In this document: positions 61,970 to 64,000 of the stretch, in pieces | How positions within the stretch are numbered: the stretch's first letter is position 1 | Layout of the letters: each line of letters opens with the position of its first letter | Source: Piscinibacter sp. | GTDB taxonomy: Bacteria; Pseudomonadota; Gammaproteobacteria; Burkholderiales; Burkholderiaceae_C | Assembly (NCBI RefSeq): GCF_050175855.1 | Contig: NZ_JBFXIO010000001.1 | Span: 3,471-67,470, forward strand | Reading direction: 5' to 3' | Length of the DNA stretch: 64,000 bases | Notes under the pieces: model-generated | Databases searched by the model: none | What the model was told of the DNA's origin: nothing | The model's input: only the letters and a program-made list of their open reading frames with translations | Translations under genes and position numbers: made by a program

Positions 61970-62331
61970 GCACGACGCCGCGCCAACCGGAGCAGGTCAT
62001 TGCGCAGGCGATGCTGGCCGCCGCCGCTGAAGCGCCGCCCCCTGCGATCACCGCCGAGGAAGTGGCGGCGCTCGAGCGCCTGCTCGCGCATGCCAGGCGA
62101 GATTCCGGGCAGAGCCGGGTCGTTGCGGACTTTCTGCTGGCTTGGTGGAACACAGGCAGCTGCGGTGCCTTCGACCTGACCTCGCTGTGGGCACTGGACA
62201 CCGACATCGTGGCCGACATGACGACCGTGTTCGGCCTGATCGGCCGCGTGCACCGCTACCCCGACAGCCTGGGCTACGAGGCCGAGTTCAAGGCCATCGT
62301 GCAGGCCTGGAGGCCGGAGCTCGGGGACTGA
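61966..62331 (+). CDS. Hypothetical protein of mobile-element type
   Basis: ALERLL...DSGQSRVVADFLLAWWN...FDLTSLWALD; coupled to both neighbours. Confidence 0.72.
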   Translation: MSTTPRQPEQVIAQAMLAAAAEAPPPAITAEEVAALERLLAHARRDSGQSRVVADFLLAWWNTGSCGAFDLTSLWALDTDIVADMTTVFGLIGRVHRYPDSLGYEAEFKAIVQAWRPELGD

Positions 62332-62633
62332 TGCCGGGGGCCGACTACAGCATCGCCTGGCGCCCCAAGGCTCTGGAAGACCTGCGCAGCATCGTCCGCT
62401 ACATCGCCCAGGACAGTCCTACCCGTGCACGCACCTTCGGCAAGAAGCTGCGCGAGAAGGTCCAGCCGCTGGCCCAGCACCCAAGGCTCGGCCATGAGGG
62501 CCGGCCCGGGCTGCCGGCCGGCGTTCGCGAACTCGTGCTGCACGCCAACTACATCGCCTTCTATCGGGTGATCGACACCTCTCGCACCGTCGAGATCCTT
62601 CGCGTCAAGCACGTGGCGCAGCAAACGCCGTGA
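62331..62633 (+). CDS. RelE/ParE family toxin
   Basis: WRPKALEDLRSIVRYIAQDSPTRA...LAQHPRLG...RELVL...VEILRVKH. Confidence 0.88.
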   Translation: MPGADYSIAWRPKALEDLRSIVRYIAQDSPTRARTFGKKLREKVQPLAQHPRLGHEGRPGLPAGVRELVLHANYIAFYRVIDTSRTVEILRVKHVAQQTP

Positions 62634-62777
62634 ATCGCAGGGGCGCGTGCGCACAGGCGACGGAACGGCTGACCATCTGAAATCGACGGCCGATTTCGAC
62701 GGGGGGTTGGACCGGGGTTTCGAGTTGCGCGCTCCCGCGGTCAGCCGCACGATGGGGCGCCCTGCACCTGCTTCGCC

Positions 62778-63056
62778 ATGAACCCCCGGACATCACCGTT
62801 GCGAACCGCGCTCGCCGGCCTGTGTGGTCCTTCTGGACAACGGGATCGGCCCAGCGCCGACGGCCTGCTCGCGGTCGCCGGGCTTCAACTGCAGGCCTAC
62901 GATCCGCCGGCGAGCTTTGCGGACCCGCGGCTCGATGCGCTCTGTCGGGAGGCGGCGCGAAGGGGCCTGGTGATCACCGACGTCCAGGGTCGACTGGTCG
63001 GCGATCTGCGCGCGGTGTCTGTCAACGAAGTGCTGCCGGCTTTCAGAGGCCGTTGA
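62778..63056 (+). CDS. Hypothetical protein
   Basis: 92-aa ORF with no recognisable motif. Confidence 0.4.
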   Translation: MNPRTSPLRTALAGLCGPSGQRDRPSADGLLAVAGLQLQAYDPPASFADPRLDALCREAARRGLVITDVQGRLVGDLRAVSVNEVLPAFRGR

Positions 63057-63107
63057 CGAACCCGTCTGCGCCCGCAGCGCGCGCGGCGATGCAGCGTCGG
63101 CGCCGAT

Positions 63108-64000
63108 TCACGCTGTGTTCGATGCTCCGCTCGAGTTGCTCAGGGGGGCCGCATTGGCCGCGGTGGTGCGACCTTGCGCCAGGGTCTGGATGATCGTGCC
63201 GACCATCTTGTCGGCCTTCGAGGGCTTGGCGACGTAGGCGTTGAAGAGATGGCCCTGCTCCTCTGCCAGTCCGAAGGCGCTCATGGCGATCAGCCTCGTC
63301 TCGCATTCCGGGTAGCGAGACCTGAGCCGCCGCGCAAGTTCGTAGCCGTCCGCACCGGGCATCTGGATGTCGACCAGCGCTACCTCGAATGCCCTCGAAC
63401 CGAGCTCTTGCAGCGCCTCGTCCGTACCAGGCGCTTCAACGCACTCCGCGCCCTTGGCGCGCAGGAGATCCGCCACGGCGCTGCGAACGGAGTCCTCGTC
63501 ATCGACGACAAGCACGTGCAGGCCTGACAGGCTGGCCGAGCCAGAGAGCGGACGAAGCGGCTGCTGGTCCAGCACCTTCACCGGGATGTGCACGGTGGCC
63601 CGGGTACCGCGCCCCTTCTCCGACTTGATCTCCGCAGTTCCGCCGAGTTGCGCGACCAGGGATCGCACGATCGACAGTCCGAGCCCCAGGCCGCGCGCTT
63701 CGCGGGTGCCTCGAAACCACGGGTCGAAGACATTCGGCAGGACCTCTTCGGCGATGCCGCTGCCCGTGTCGCTCACCCACAAGGTCATGCTGTGGGGCCC
63801 GTCGCCATCCACGTCCGCGTGGATCTCGATGTGGCCATGGCTCGTGTACTTGACGGCGTTGCTCACCAGGTTCCCGATGATCTGCTGCAGGCGCATGTCG
63901 TCGGCATGCAGCGAGATGGCCGGGACGGTGACGCGCACGTCGACCCCCTTGCGGTTGGCCAATTCCCGGAGTTCGGTGATCGACGCGGCCACCACTTCGT
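63108..64000 (-). CDS. Hybrid sensor histidine kinase (HATPase_c + receiver), 5' end beyond window
   Basis: QIIGNLVSNAVKYT, VSDTGSGI, GLGLGLSIV; VLVVDDE, LVDIQMPGADG, VAKP. Confidence 0.9.
   Translation of the reverse strand, partial: EVVAASITELRELANRKGVDVRVTVPAISLHADDMRLQQIIGNLVSNAVKYTSHGHIEIHADVDGDGPHSMTLWVSDTGSGIAEEVLPNVFDPWFRGTREARGLGLGLSIVRSLVAQLGGTAEIKSEKGRGTRATVHIPVKVLDQQPLRPLSGSASLSGLHVLVVDDEDSVRSAVADLLRAKGAECVEAPGTDEALQELGSRAFEVALVDIQMPGADGYELARRLRSRYPECETRLIAMSAFGLAEEQGHLFNAYVAKPSKADKMVGTIIQTLAQGRTTAANAAPLSNSSGASNTA

Noticed and set aside
62679-62697. Hairpin GAAATCG-N5-CGATTTC after the toxin gene
   Set aside because: Short stem with no U-tract; could be chance, so not called as a terminator

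Overview
GC-rich, betaproteobacterial-looking accessory region (the taxonomy is an impression, not tested) dense in selenium, sulfur, metal and redox genes. Left to right it holds: a selenoneine locus (senB, truncated at the window edge and missed by the ORF track; senA; egtD; a PhnCDE-like ABC transporter); flavin-disulfide reductase, AhpD and AraC redox genes; a DUF3179-YeeE-ECF/anti-sigma operon; a bdh-adc-patatin operon; a HAMP-GGDEF-EAL protein; a collapsed HD-GYP::merA chimeric pseudogene; cusCBA-type efflux; a complete merRTPCA operon; an 'arsenosugar-type' cluster split into two blocks (radical SAM ArsS, TIGR04282/TIGR04283 transferases, DUF547, VTT-reductase, SSS transporter, tandem-DEP protein, MTA phosphorylase); a bufferin-type MNIO RiPP cluster followed by two Cys/Lys-rich KCG/CGAC-repeat secreted peptides and a DUF6969-like His-rich protein; SigF/NrsF with trx-ccdA; a second ECF/anti-sigma pair; an intact IS630; a three-gene ParE-type toxin-antitoxin module; and a truncated hybrid histidine kinase. 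A recurring ECF-type promoter, TGTAA(G/T)-N17-CGTC(T/C/A)(A/G), sits upstream of eight transcription units (one copy has N16, one has CGTAAG) and appears to tie the rSAM/transferase/MTAP genes, the RiPP cluster and both ECF operons into one regulon. Family assignments come from motif recognition by eye; no database searches were run. No tRNA, rRNA or CRISPR array was seen.
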